NCBI RefSeq assembly: GCF_001194135.2
Contig: NC_068994.1
Location: forward strand, 26,752,632-26,816,631
Reading direction: 5' to 3'
Source: Octopus bimaculoides
Taxonomy: Eukaryota
Length of the DNA: 64,000 bases
Shown here: positions 36,090 through 47,212 of the stretch, in pieces
How positions within the stretch are numbered: the first letter of the stretch is position 1
How the letters are laid out: every line of letters starts with the position of its first letter
The notes under the pieces: model-generated
What the model saw: the letters and a program-made list of their open reading frames with translations, nothing else
Told to the model about the DNA's origin: nothing
Databases searched by the model: none
Translations under genes and position numbers: made by a program

Positions 36090-38530
36090 CTTTAAACTTG
36101 TTATACAAAAAGTACAAGAAGTTACATGTGCAAAACCATTTAACAGAAATGAATGGACCAGTACCCTACAAAAATGATGGTTGTCAAAATAAAGAGCTGG
36201 ATGTTATTCCTCATGTCCCGCAAGTAAAATCAAAAAAGCATAAATGGACACATGAGGAATATATTTCAATCCTACACACTTATTTTACAGCAGTGCTCTG
36301 CCCACAGAACGAAAACACAACATATACATATAAAATCAGGAAGAAAAATAGCCGAGATAAAGATTTGGATACAGCAATGAAACCTAATATACTAGCTAAC
36401 ATATGGAGATATATTCTCAAAACAAAAAATATCAGAAATAGAAATAGAATACTTAAAAGGAAAAATACATCAAGAAAACATAGATAGTAAGCACACAGCA
36501 ATGACAAATAATATTATAAGCACTGGGACTGTAAAATACGAAGACAGACGTAACATGTCCAACAAAAACGAAGTAAATAACAAAAGACAACAAACCAAAA
36601 CTATAGGAATGTATAATGATGAGCAAAATGCACCAAACCAGAACACCACAGACAAAAATATGAATGGGAGAGAATACAAAACAAATCTAAAACCTGGAAA
36701 TGGTGAAGGTGAAACTAATGATTGTGATACTCTAAAAATGAGCATAATCAAAGAATTGAAAGCCACAGATCTCTCAATATGGACTACCGATTGTACCTCC
36801 CAAAAATTAAAATTGATAATAAAATATCAATAATAAGTAGCATGAACCTGGCCATCACAGAACTAATAGCCACAAAAACAAATGTCGATATGATCAGGTT
36901 AAATGATATAATATATGCATCAGTGTCTGTGACCACAAAAGAAGCAGGATATCCCCTCAAACCCATCCAAACAGGAGTATCACCACCCAAACAAACCCTG
37001 TGGATAAATAATATCCAGAAAAGATAGAAAATAAAAGAAAGGATCTGTCAATCCTTAACAAAACTAGAAGACAATCAACACTACTAAGCAACAGGAAGAG
37101 AACAAAAATACTGTGTAAATACAAAATTTCAGAACAAGGTATACTTGAGGTAAAAGAACAACTAAAGCAAGATATCCTCACCAAAGCACAAAAAATCCAT
37201 TGGTATGAGAAATGTCAACGTTTCTTTGAACAAAACAAACAGTTCAACTCCAACCCTAAAAGGTTCTACCAAACACTTGGCAAAAATAAAATAGAGATCA
37301 ATGCAGTACCAACACCAGAAGAAGTGGAAGAATGTTGGAAAGATATATGGTTGGTGAAGATCAGAAAAGATCTATCAAAACAACAAACACAGCACCTAAA
37401 CAACTCTGGACTCCTATAGCAACTGAAGAGGTCACCCAGGCGCTGCAAAAACTAAGCGACTGGAAGACACCTGGGCACAACAAGATCCTCAATTTCAGGT
37501 TAAAATATCTAACAGGAATACATAAAACACTGGCTGAGAAATTTAATGAAATACTAGAAGAGCCAGAGACAATGCTTGAATGGCTCATGGAAGGGAAAGC
37601 TATCTTAATTCCTAAATCCACTGAAATAGCAAACCCACAAAATATTGTATTAGTTTTCCTTGCTTCTGAAGTAGGTATTTTGAAGTCCTATGGTGGTTAT
37701 TTTATAATAGTTTTCCAGCTGTATAAGACCCCTACCACCTTCTGTACGTTGTCAGATTTTGGGTGGTGCATCCTAGATCCTGTCATTATTTTTCTTGTTT
37801 TCCTGTCTATTTTAGATAGTTCGTTTAGTGTCCAGTTAAGGATATTGTAGCTGTAACTTATAACTGGGATGGCTAAAGTGTTAATACCTATTATCTTGTT
37901 TTTAGCATTGAGCTCTGTTTTTAGTATTGATCTAACTCATCTATAGTATTTCTTTCTTTATTTTCTCTTTCATTTGTGTGTGTTGTATACTATCTAGTTC
38001 ATTGATTCCTAAATATTTGTATGTCTGGCTTTGGTCTAATTCTCTTATTTCATTGGCTTTATCTAGTGTGATGTTGCTACTCTTAACTAGTCTTCCTCTT
38101 TCTCAGGGTTGCGTATAATTTTAGGTCATCCATATATAAAAGGTGGCTGATTGTTTTGCTGTAACATGTATGATAATCGACATTGCATGCCCTGGTGACA
38201 ACAGGATCCATGTGAAAGAAGAAAAAATAAATAACTATGACAATCTGAAATGGAAAGTATGAAGGTTGTGGTCAATGAAGAGAGTAGACATGATACCAAT
38301 AGTAATTGGTGCACTTGGAAGTATCAGCACTCAACTACCAGCATGGCTGAAAAAGATTGGTGCAAGTGTGAAGGCAGAACACCTACAAAAATCAGCATTG
38401 CTTGGAACTGCAAGAATTCTTTGCAGGGTTCTTGAAGCATGACCAGTAAACAAATGTCACCATAGTCTGCTGGTTGTGGATAGCTGACACTTTCCATCAT
38501 ACCCAGTAAAATAAACTGTGTGTTTTCATA
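36090..38530 (+). mobile_element. R4/Dong-clade (RLE) non-LTR retrotransposon with an inverted RT core, ending in (TAA)n
   Basis: KWTHEEY N-terminus; WKTPGHNKILNFRLK...EWLMEGKAILIPK (+); SHLLYMDDLKLYA and TYKYLG (-, 37646-38165); IIDIACPGD...VIGALG...QKSALLGTARIL endonuclease end (+). Confidence 0.9.
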
Positions 38531-38622
38531 TAATAATAATGATAATAATGGAGATGATGATGATGGTGATGATGATGGTGATGATGATGATCAGGAGAAG
38601 AAGCAGCAGCAGCAGCAGAACT

Positions 38623-39195
38623 GGTGCAGTACCAGATAGTAGCTCCCATGGTTTCTGATCGTAAATGACTGGAAGTGTTATGTACGTTGTTTTGTCTTGG
38701 TATAAAAGATGGGCTACAGTAATTATTCTGCTAAATACCATAGATTTGCTTGTCAGTTGTTTGATCTCAAGCAGTTGAGCATATCTCTTAATGGCTGATG
38801 ATATGTGTATCTCTGTTCATGAGCAGAAGTAGTGGGAGAGCATCATAGCCATGTGTTGAGAGGAATTATTTGGTGTTTGGATAATTCACCCCTGAAAACA
38901 TGGGTGTTTTGTTCAACATCCTTAAACAACCCTTATTCAGGGACCTTTTGAGCAGGATGGGCTACTAGACTTGAAGAAAATTCTAATGGGGCCTGACCTG
39001 CAAGGTTATGCCCTGTTAATCTTGATATGATATCACCACGTCATGCACATATGGTTGTGCCTGGTGTACCCTTATCAGACGGGTAGTCATGATGAGTATA
39101 ATGGGCTTCGTATATTTTACCCCGGTGTCACTTTGATGGCATGCACTGCTCTCTCACTCAATAATAATGATAGTAATAATAATAATGATAATAAA
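38623..39195 (+). mobile_element. Non-coding dispersed repeat of about 570 bp ending ctctcactc(AAT)n, copy 1
   Basis: Colinear with 39196-39785 and with a partial copy at 45555-45700. Confidence 0.85.
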
Positions 39196-39785
39196 TGCCC
39201 TGATGCAGTACCAGGCAATGGCTCTGATGGCTTTTGATCTTAACTGATTGGAAGTGTTATCATGTACATTGTTTTGTCTTGGCATAAAAGATGGGTTACA
39301 GCAAATATTCTGTTCAATACCACAGATTTGCTTGTCAGTTGTTTAACCTTAATCAGTTGAATATGTCCCTTGGTAGCTGACGATATGTGCATCTCTGATT
39401 ATGAGAAGCAGTAGTGGGGGAGCATCAAAGCCATGCATTGAGAGGAATTCTTTGGGGTTTGAATAATTCACCTTTGGAAACATGGGTGTTTTGTTTGAAA
39501 TCCTTAAACAATCCTTATTCAAGGACCTTTTAAGTGGGATGGGCTACTCAACTTGAAGAAAATTCTAACTGGGCCCCACCTGGCCCCACCTGCAAGATCA
39601 TGCATTGTTTATCTTGATATGAGATCACCATGTTGTACACATATGGTTGTGATGCATGTACCTGGTGTATCCTTATCAGACTGGTAGTCATGATGGGTAT
39701 ACTGGGTTTCATATATTTTACTCCATTGTAACTTTGATGGTATGCACTGCTCTCTCACTCAATAATAATAATAATAATAATAATA
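39196..39785 (+). mobile_element. Non-coding dispersed repeat of about 570 bp ending ctctcactc(AAT)n, copy 2
   Basis: Flanked by (AAT)n on both sides. Confidence 0.85.
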
Positions 39786-39789
39786 AAAA

Positions 39790-40035
39790 TTCAATGAGGA
39801 GAGTAGACATGATACCAGAAGTAATTAACACACTTGGAAGTATCAGAACTCAACTACCAACATGGCTGAAAAACATTGGTACAAATGTAAAGAGAGAGAG
39901 ACCACCTACAAAAATCAGCATTGCTTGGAACTGCAAGAAGTCTTCAGAGGGATCTTGAAGCATGACCAGTAAACAAGTGTCACCTTAGTCTGTTGGCTGT
40001 GGACAGCTGACACTTTCCATTACACCTAGAAAAAT
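39790..40035 (+). mobile_element. Second R4/Dong 3' end fragment
   Basis: Paralogous to 38275-38520 (gagagtagacatgatacca...gaagcatgaccagtaaacaa). Confidence 0.85.
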
Positions 40036-41205
40036 AAGCTGAGAGTTTTCCTTAAATGATAATTGTAACATTGGTACAAAACCAAAAATGTTAGGTGGAT
40101 GGATTAGTCATTTCATCAACACTTCACCCACCCAGTACTGGTACCAAATCCTCCTCAACCAAAAATATTTAATCTCTCTTGAGAAACATCTCAAAAGTGC
40201 AGCTAGAGAAAAAGCATTTGATTGTAAAACACTATTTATTTTAGAAAGGGGATTATGACGAATATGATTACACTGTCATGGGATGGGTGAAACCTGCCCA
40301 TACTTCACCATGGACCACATCCATAAGAGATGTGATCTTGAGACAATACCAGATTAACTGGCCTATTGCCAATGTCTATACATTAAATATGATGCATAGA
40401 TGAATAGTTTGATATTTTGATTCAATACTGCCTCAGTTATGTATACCTGATTTTTATTCATCCAGGTGGCCATTTTATGAGTATTTTATTCGCATTATTT
40501 CAGAAGTGAGAAATTCTCATTCAGGCTTGGGATTGGCTGAGAGTATGCTTCATTGAACAACCCAAAAGTGCTGAAATGCACTGGGTGCTCTTGTTGGCTA
40601 TGACTTGGAGGAAGTTATTTTCTATCTCTGTTATTTCTCTCTCTGTTATTCTATACTCTCTCAAAATAAAAGTAGAAAAAGAAGGGAAGTGCATGATTGT
40701 CACTACACATTTTAATTTCCTGCTTCTTAACAAACCTGTAACTGTAAAGCTATTGTACCATTCCAGCATGTAAAATCAATATTCAGATTCCGAGTGAGCA
40801 AGACCAGATATTTATGATTAGAATAACAACTTTAACTAAAAGCCATGCTGTCAGGTTTCATGTTATAGAGGGGAGTGCTGTTATTGCATTACTTCCATTG
40901 TAAATCCTGGGCAGGACAGAGTCATCTGTCAAAATAAATAATCTCTTCACAAGGTTAGTGAGAAAATCTGGCTATTAACTGTAGATTTACTTGGAGTTAC
41001 CTTCATCCAGATTAAGTAATGCACTTTGGCGAAATTTTTGAAATCTTTATCAAATGTCAAATTTATTCAAATTTCATGTTTCCTATGACAAAGTACTTCA
41101 AGATTAAGAAACCAGGAGGATCAGTCAATGGTAAATGCAGATACACATGTTTATATACATGTGTGTGTGTGTATGCATATATATGCATACATATATATAT
41201 ATATG

Positions 41206-41268
<63 letters not shown>

Positions 41269-41503
41269 CTCCCACTTGGATTTGAAATGTTGCCACAATT
41301 ATAATATGTCTATTCTACTGTTATTTTCTGCATTTTCGTGCAGCTGAAGATTGCTCTTCATATTGCATTTAATGTAATGCTCGCATTACTTAAATAAATG
41401 GGGTAGCATGAAACGTGCGTACTGCAATCATCTTTGAAATCCGTGTTGCTTCTTTTCAATTTTTGATCACCTATCCTTTTGGAATGGTTTTTGTATAATA
41501 CCA

Positions 41504-42184
41504 NNNNNNNNNNNNNNNNNNNNNNNNNNNNNNNNNNNNNNNNNNNNNNNNNNNNNNNNNNNNNNNNNNNNNNNNNNNNNNNNNNNNNNNNNNNNNNNNN
41601 NNNNNNNNNNNNNNNNNNNNNNNNNNNNNNNNNNNNNNNNNNNNNNNNNNNNNNNNNNNNNNNNNNNNNNNNNNNNNNNNNNNNNNNNNNNNNNNNNNNN
41701 NNNNNNNNNNNNNNNNNNNNNNNNNNNNNNNNNNNNNNNNNNNNNNNNNNNNNNNNNNNNNNNNNNNNNNNNNNNNNNNNNNNNNNNNNNNNNNNNNNNN
41801 NNNNNNNNNNNNNNNNNNNNNNNNNNNNNNNNNNNNNNNNNNNNNNNNNNNNNNNNNNNNNNNNNNNNNNNNNNNNNNNNNNNNNNNNNNNNNNNNNNNN
41901 NNNNNNNNNNNNNNNNNNNNNNNNNNNNNNNNNNNNNNNNNNNNNNNNNNNNNNNNNNNNNNNNNNNNNNNNNNNNNNNNNNNNNNNNNNNNNNNNNNNN
42001 NNNNNNNNNNNNNNNNNNNNNNNNNNNNNNNNNNNNNNNNNNNNNNNNNNNNNNNNNNNNNNNNNNNNNNNNNNNNNNNNNNNNNNNNNNNNNNNNNNNN
42101 NNNNNNNNNNNNNNNNNNNNNNNNNNNNNNNNNNNNNNNNNNNNNNNNNNNNNNNNNNNNNNNNNNNNNNNNNNNNNNNNNNNN
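41504..42184. other. Assembly gap (N run)
   Basis: N bases; other gaps at 9389-9400, 31536-31545, 53383-54238 and 60269-60278. Confidence 1.
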
Positions 42185-42433
42185 GTTAGTGAGAAAATCT
42201 GGCTATTAACTGTAGATTTACTTGGAGTTACCTTCATCCAGATTAAGTAATGCACTTTGGCGAAATTTTTGAAATCTTTATCAAATGTCAAATTTATTCA
42301 AATTTCATGTTTCCTATGACAAAGTACTTCAAGATTAAGAAACCAGGAGGATCAGTCAATGGTAAATGCAGATACACATGTTTATATACATGTGTGTGTG
42401 TGTATGCATATATATGCATACATATATATATAT

Positions 42434-42592
42434 GACAGGCTTCTTTCAGTTTCCGTCTACCAAATCCACTCACAAGGCTTTGGTCGGCCCGAGGCTATAG
42501 TAGAAGACACTTGCCCAAGGTGCCACGCAGTGGGAATGAACCCGGAACCATGTGGTTGGTAATCAAGCTACTTACCACACAGCCACTCCTGC
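42434..42592 (-). mobile_element. Young tRNA-derived SINE head with Pol III A/B-box-like motifs
   Basis: gcaggagtggctgtgtggtaagtagcttg (A-box-like)...ccgggttcattccc (B-box-like)...ggtagacggaaactgaaagaagcc; related heads at 29685, 52870 and 54345. Confidence 0.85.
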
Positions 42593-42999
42593 GGTGTGTG
42601 TGTGTGTGTGTAGAGTGGATGAACAATTAAGAACTTAGCTTCTCAATGCATGAGGTCTTGGATTCCATCCTACAGCACAGTGTCTGGGGTAAATGTCATT
42701 TTATATAGCTTTGGGTTGACCCATAATATATGGGTTGACAGAAATGTATAAAAGCACATATCTGTGGGATACTCAGTCACTTACATTCTATTTCAATTAG
42801 TAGAAACAAGTTGTATATACCTTGGGATTCATTAATTGCAAGGTAAAAGGAGTTGTGCATTTTCTTCTTATTTTTATTTTCCCCTACTAAGTACAGTAGT
42901 CAACTAACCACTATACTGAAAGCTGATTGGATAATGATACTCTATATGGAGCTCTAACTCATACAGTAGTAGTTGTTCATCAAACTGTATAAACAATAC

Positions 43000-43650
43000 A
43001 TACATACATATATTTGCAAAATTGAACACACATACACACATATGTGCTGTTAGTTTGTGAGTTGGCTGCAGTTTTTAGGTGAAAGAGAATATATTCTCTA
43101 TGCACCTGGTGTAAAAAACACCTGAAAGTGAAGCGAGTCAACTCACATCAGGTCCTTTCTGAGAGTGACAGACATTGATGCTTCATTATTGTTTTGACTT
43201 ACACCAGGTGCATAGAGGATATATTCTCTTATGCCTAAAAGCTACAGTTGACCCATGAACTAGCAACACACATTCCCTGTGTATGTGTGTTGAATTTTGT
43301 TTATACACCTCAAGCTGCTTCTAATTCATATTTGAATTTTTTCAATGGCATGAAACTTTGGGACATGCCAGTTGATATGACTTGCAGTGGGCCTTGTTCG
43401 GTATGCAGCATTAGTAAGTTAAAACAATGATAAAACATCAATGTCTGTTACTCTGAGAAAGGATCTGGTATGAGTTGTCTTGCTTGACTCTGACTTATTT
43501 TCAGGTGTTTTTTACACTAGGCACATAGAGAATATATTCTCTTATATCTAGAAGCTGCAGTCGATCCATGAACTAACAACACACATACCTTATGTATGTG
43601 TGTTTGATTTTGTTTATATTCCTCAAGCTGCTTCTAATTCATATTTGAAT
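43000..43650. mobile_element. Long-TIR element plus a second partial copy with its core reversed
   Basis: Arms at about 43000-43112 and 43198-43340; core 43113-43197 reappears reverse-complemented at about 43415-43515, followed by another right arm. Confidence 0.75.
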
Positions 43651-43779
43651 TAGATATTTATATATATGTACACAGTTTTATGTTAGATGAATGTGAAAAG
43701 AGTGCTTAATACATGTAGGATATGGATTTTTGGTTTCAGTTTCAACAGAAAACTCTGTGTGTATACTTAATGCTTAATG

Positions 43780-44510
43780 ACTCAGGGCTGAGGTGGTGAA
43801 GCATGATCTTTGAACTTTGAGCCTCACAAAGAGGATGACAAGTGACCAAGACCTCTGGTGATATGCTGTGCATGAGAAGACTCATCTGGCCAAATGAAAT
43901 CATAGTTGTGGCCATGCTGGTTTCATGAAAATGGCACTTGTGCATTATAGTCATTGTCATTGCTGGTGCCATGTAAATGACACCCATGCATCATAGTCAT
44001 GGTCATTGATGGTGCCATGTAATTGGCACTCAAGAATTGTGGTCATTGGTGATACCATGTAAATGGCACCCATGAGTTGTGGTCATTGCCAGTGCCATGT
44101 AAATGGCACTCATGAATCATAGTCATGGTCGCTGCTGGTGCCATGTCAATGGCACCCATACTGGTGGTATGTAAAGGCATCCATTACACTCTTAGAGTAG
44201 TTGGCATCCAGCTGTAGAGATCATTGTAATCCAATGTCAGACTGTTATATTGTCCACTCCGGTATAACAGTCATAGATAGTCATAGACTATTTATGACTG
44301 ACCTCTTGACCACTTGACTTCCTTACATCACAGTATTTGTAACGACTAGCACATACCACTCATCACGTGGGAGGGGTGTTCCATTATTATTATTATTCTC
44401 ATAACTGAAACCTGGTGCAGCTTTCCGGCTCATCAGTTCCAGTCAAACCATCTAACCCATGCTAGCATGGAAAGTGGATGTTAAATAATGATGACAATGA
44501 TGATGTATGT
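43780..44510 (+). mobile_element. RTE-X-type LINE 3' end with an expanded hairpin minisatellite
   Basis: gaggtggtgaagcatgatctttgaac head; five units of about 42 bp at 43945-44162; tail ccatgctagcatggaaagtggatgttaaataatgatg. Confidence 0.82.
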
Positions 44511-46899
44511 GATGAGGTAGAGAATAATATATGCTAAAGATTCTCTATGAACTGGCACCTGCCTTTTAGCTAAGAAAGTGAAAAATGTTAGTGGTTCTGA
44601 AATAAAGTAGGGAGATAATATCAAGAAATTTAGTTTTAATTTTACTGAAAATGATTAATTTTCATGCTTAAGGAAAAAATCTTTGATTTGGTATCAAATG
44701 AAGGGATATAACTGTGCACTTGTTCGCATATTATTGTACATCATCAGCAAAGCATAGTCATCTCAAAACTTGTACATCAATAGACAAAGATTTTTATGAG
44801 TAATAAAAGTGTTACAAGCTATTTTGGTCAGTAATAATTGGCAAAATTATAAAAAGAGAGCTGAATCAAATATGTTAATAGTGTGAAGAAGACTAAAACA
44901 GGCCTTTAGCTTCCACCTTTCCTACTTAGATATGATAATTTTTCTGTAAGCATGAAAATTAATAATCTTCTCTGAATTTCTTTTCTCCTTTCTTGTATTT
45001 TGGGAGTTTCCTTATGCTAATAATAAACACACATGTTGATTATATTTCTCTCCTTTATTTTAATTAGTTAATTTGTTAACCAATTAACTCATTGATTTAT
45101 AGATTAACCATCCATTTTGTCAATCAAACCATTTAATTGAACAAATGATTAATTAAAAATCACTAATTTAAATAACAAAGTGAAATAGAACCAGTGCATG
45201 TGTTTATTATTGTTGTCATGACCCTCCCAAGATACAACAAAATCTGTTTCAGCACATGAATTCACATCAATAATCTTGCAAATCAAATACAAAAGTGAAA
45301 TTTAATCCTTTATCTCTTGAAGTTATCTCTCCTTTTCTTTTATAACACAGCAACAAAATTTCATTTCTTTTTTTTTGTCTTTGGTCAGTAAGTATTATTT
45401 CCTATTTACTTCTATCTAGAAATCAAAGGAAACAACAACTATTCCCTTCAAACTTTGCTTTTGTGATCTGGACACCAATGTTTTGAAACTGACCTATTTT
45501 CCATTACATTTTAGACAAATTCAGCACTGAGTTGCTGAAGCAGAAATATCATTATAGCAAATATTCTGTTCAGTATCACAGATTTGCTGGTCAGTTTCTT
45601 GACCCTAACCACTTAGTGACTGAAAACATGTGCACCCATGAACATGAGTAGAGTAGTGGGGGAGCATCATAGCCATGTGTTGAAAGGGATTCTTTCAATG
45701 TAATAAAACTAAAGTTTGATGGTAATATTAACTATTTTTCATACTTCCTAGGGGTAAGCAAGTAAGAAATAACAGTTACTACCCAAGGACAAAAATCGTA
45801 TTTACTAACAATTGTCACTAGGATTTCTATCCCTTCTTCAATGACAAAGAAAATTTCAGTTTGATAATTTTCTATGTAAATAATTGAATGCATCCTCACC
45901 TATCTGACTTATCTAATTTCACGTCATTGGTATGTTTGAGTTATTTCCCTTAGCTCCTTTTTTGTAATTATGAAAATTAGTTTCGATTAAAATTGTTTGT
46001 AATCAATTTCTTCTGGAGAAAGAATTTTTCACTATTGATTACATGCATATCACTGCTCATCATGAAGTCAGGGGAATGGAATAATGCATAAATTTCAAAT
46101 GATGAAAAGTTAATTTAAATGTAAATTTAAGTTTTATTTTAAATTTTAAAACTTTGAATGATTGACAGATGAAGGCTATATTTCAAAGCATGGACATCAA
46201 CAAGTGAAACTGTATCAACAATAGCAATGAATATATAATTAAACTATGAATGAGGATAAGAATAAATCTGATAGTAATTCAAGAGGAAACTTGTCAGAAA
46301 GAAGAGAGGGGCTTCAACAATAGCCATTGTAAATGGACCATCAGCATATAAGTTGGAGGGTGGAGGAGGCTCTACCTTTTGATAAACTAAACTATCAACT
46401 CATTGAATTAGTGTGTGAGGAAGATGAAGAAGGTGATGGTAATGGTGATGCTGAGGATGGTGATAATGATGATGACATACTTCAGTGAATAGTTGCCCGT
46501 CTGACTTCTTAACCATGAATATCTAAAGTGTGTGTGTGTGTGCATGTCAGCATATACCCACATACAGATACATATGGATTAAATGCCAATATTTCAGCAT
46601 AAAAAAAAACAGGTATGAAAATGTATATGGTATTAATGCTGATGATAATGTATATATCTGTGTGCATGTGTGCATGTATATTTGTGTGTGTGTGTGTGTG
46701 TGTGCATATGTATACATGTATTATGTGCATGTGTGTATGTTTATATATATGTTTGTGTTTGTGTATGTTCTTTGAAACACATGTATGTATTGAATCCTAT
46801 TTTGTATTAAATCTAATTTTGATTCAACATCTTTTTCTCCTCCATTTTTCTATAATTGTTTATGGTATTTTTATACCTATAATGATATTTTTCAACTTT

Positions 46900-47154
46900 G
46901 GTGATATGCTGTGCTTGACAAGACTTGTCAAGCCAAGTGAAATTGTATTCGTGGCTGATGATGGTGTCATGTAACTGGCACCTGTGCCAGTGGTATGTAA
47001 AAAGTACCCATTATACTCCTGGAGTGGTTAGCATTAGGAAGGGCATCCAGTCATAGAAACCATGCCAAATCAGACTGGAACTTAGTGTAGGTCATTGGCT
47101 TACCAGTTCCAGTCAAACCTTCTAACTCAAGCCAGAATGGAAAGCAGACACTAA

Positions 47155-47186
<32 letters not shown>

Positions 47187-47212
47187 GGTGATGATGATGA
47201 TGGTGATGATGA
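46900..47212 (+). mobile_element. RTE-X-type LINE 3' end with (GAT)n tail
   Basis: Same 3' UTR motifs as 2868-3381. Confidence 0.82.

Noticed and set aside
41467-42291. Long ORFs of 236-379 aa here and at 53289-54428
   Set aside because: They span N gaps; artefacts.
42434-42592. Possible tRNA gene (A/B boxes)
   Set aside because: No full cloverleaf or terminator; it continues into SINE body sequence and is multicopy.
43945-44162. CRISPR-like array of palindromic repeats with variable linkers
   Set aside because: Eukaryotic LINE UTR context, linkers related to each other, and no cas genes.
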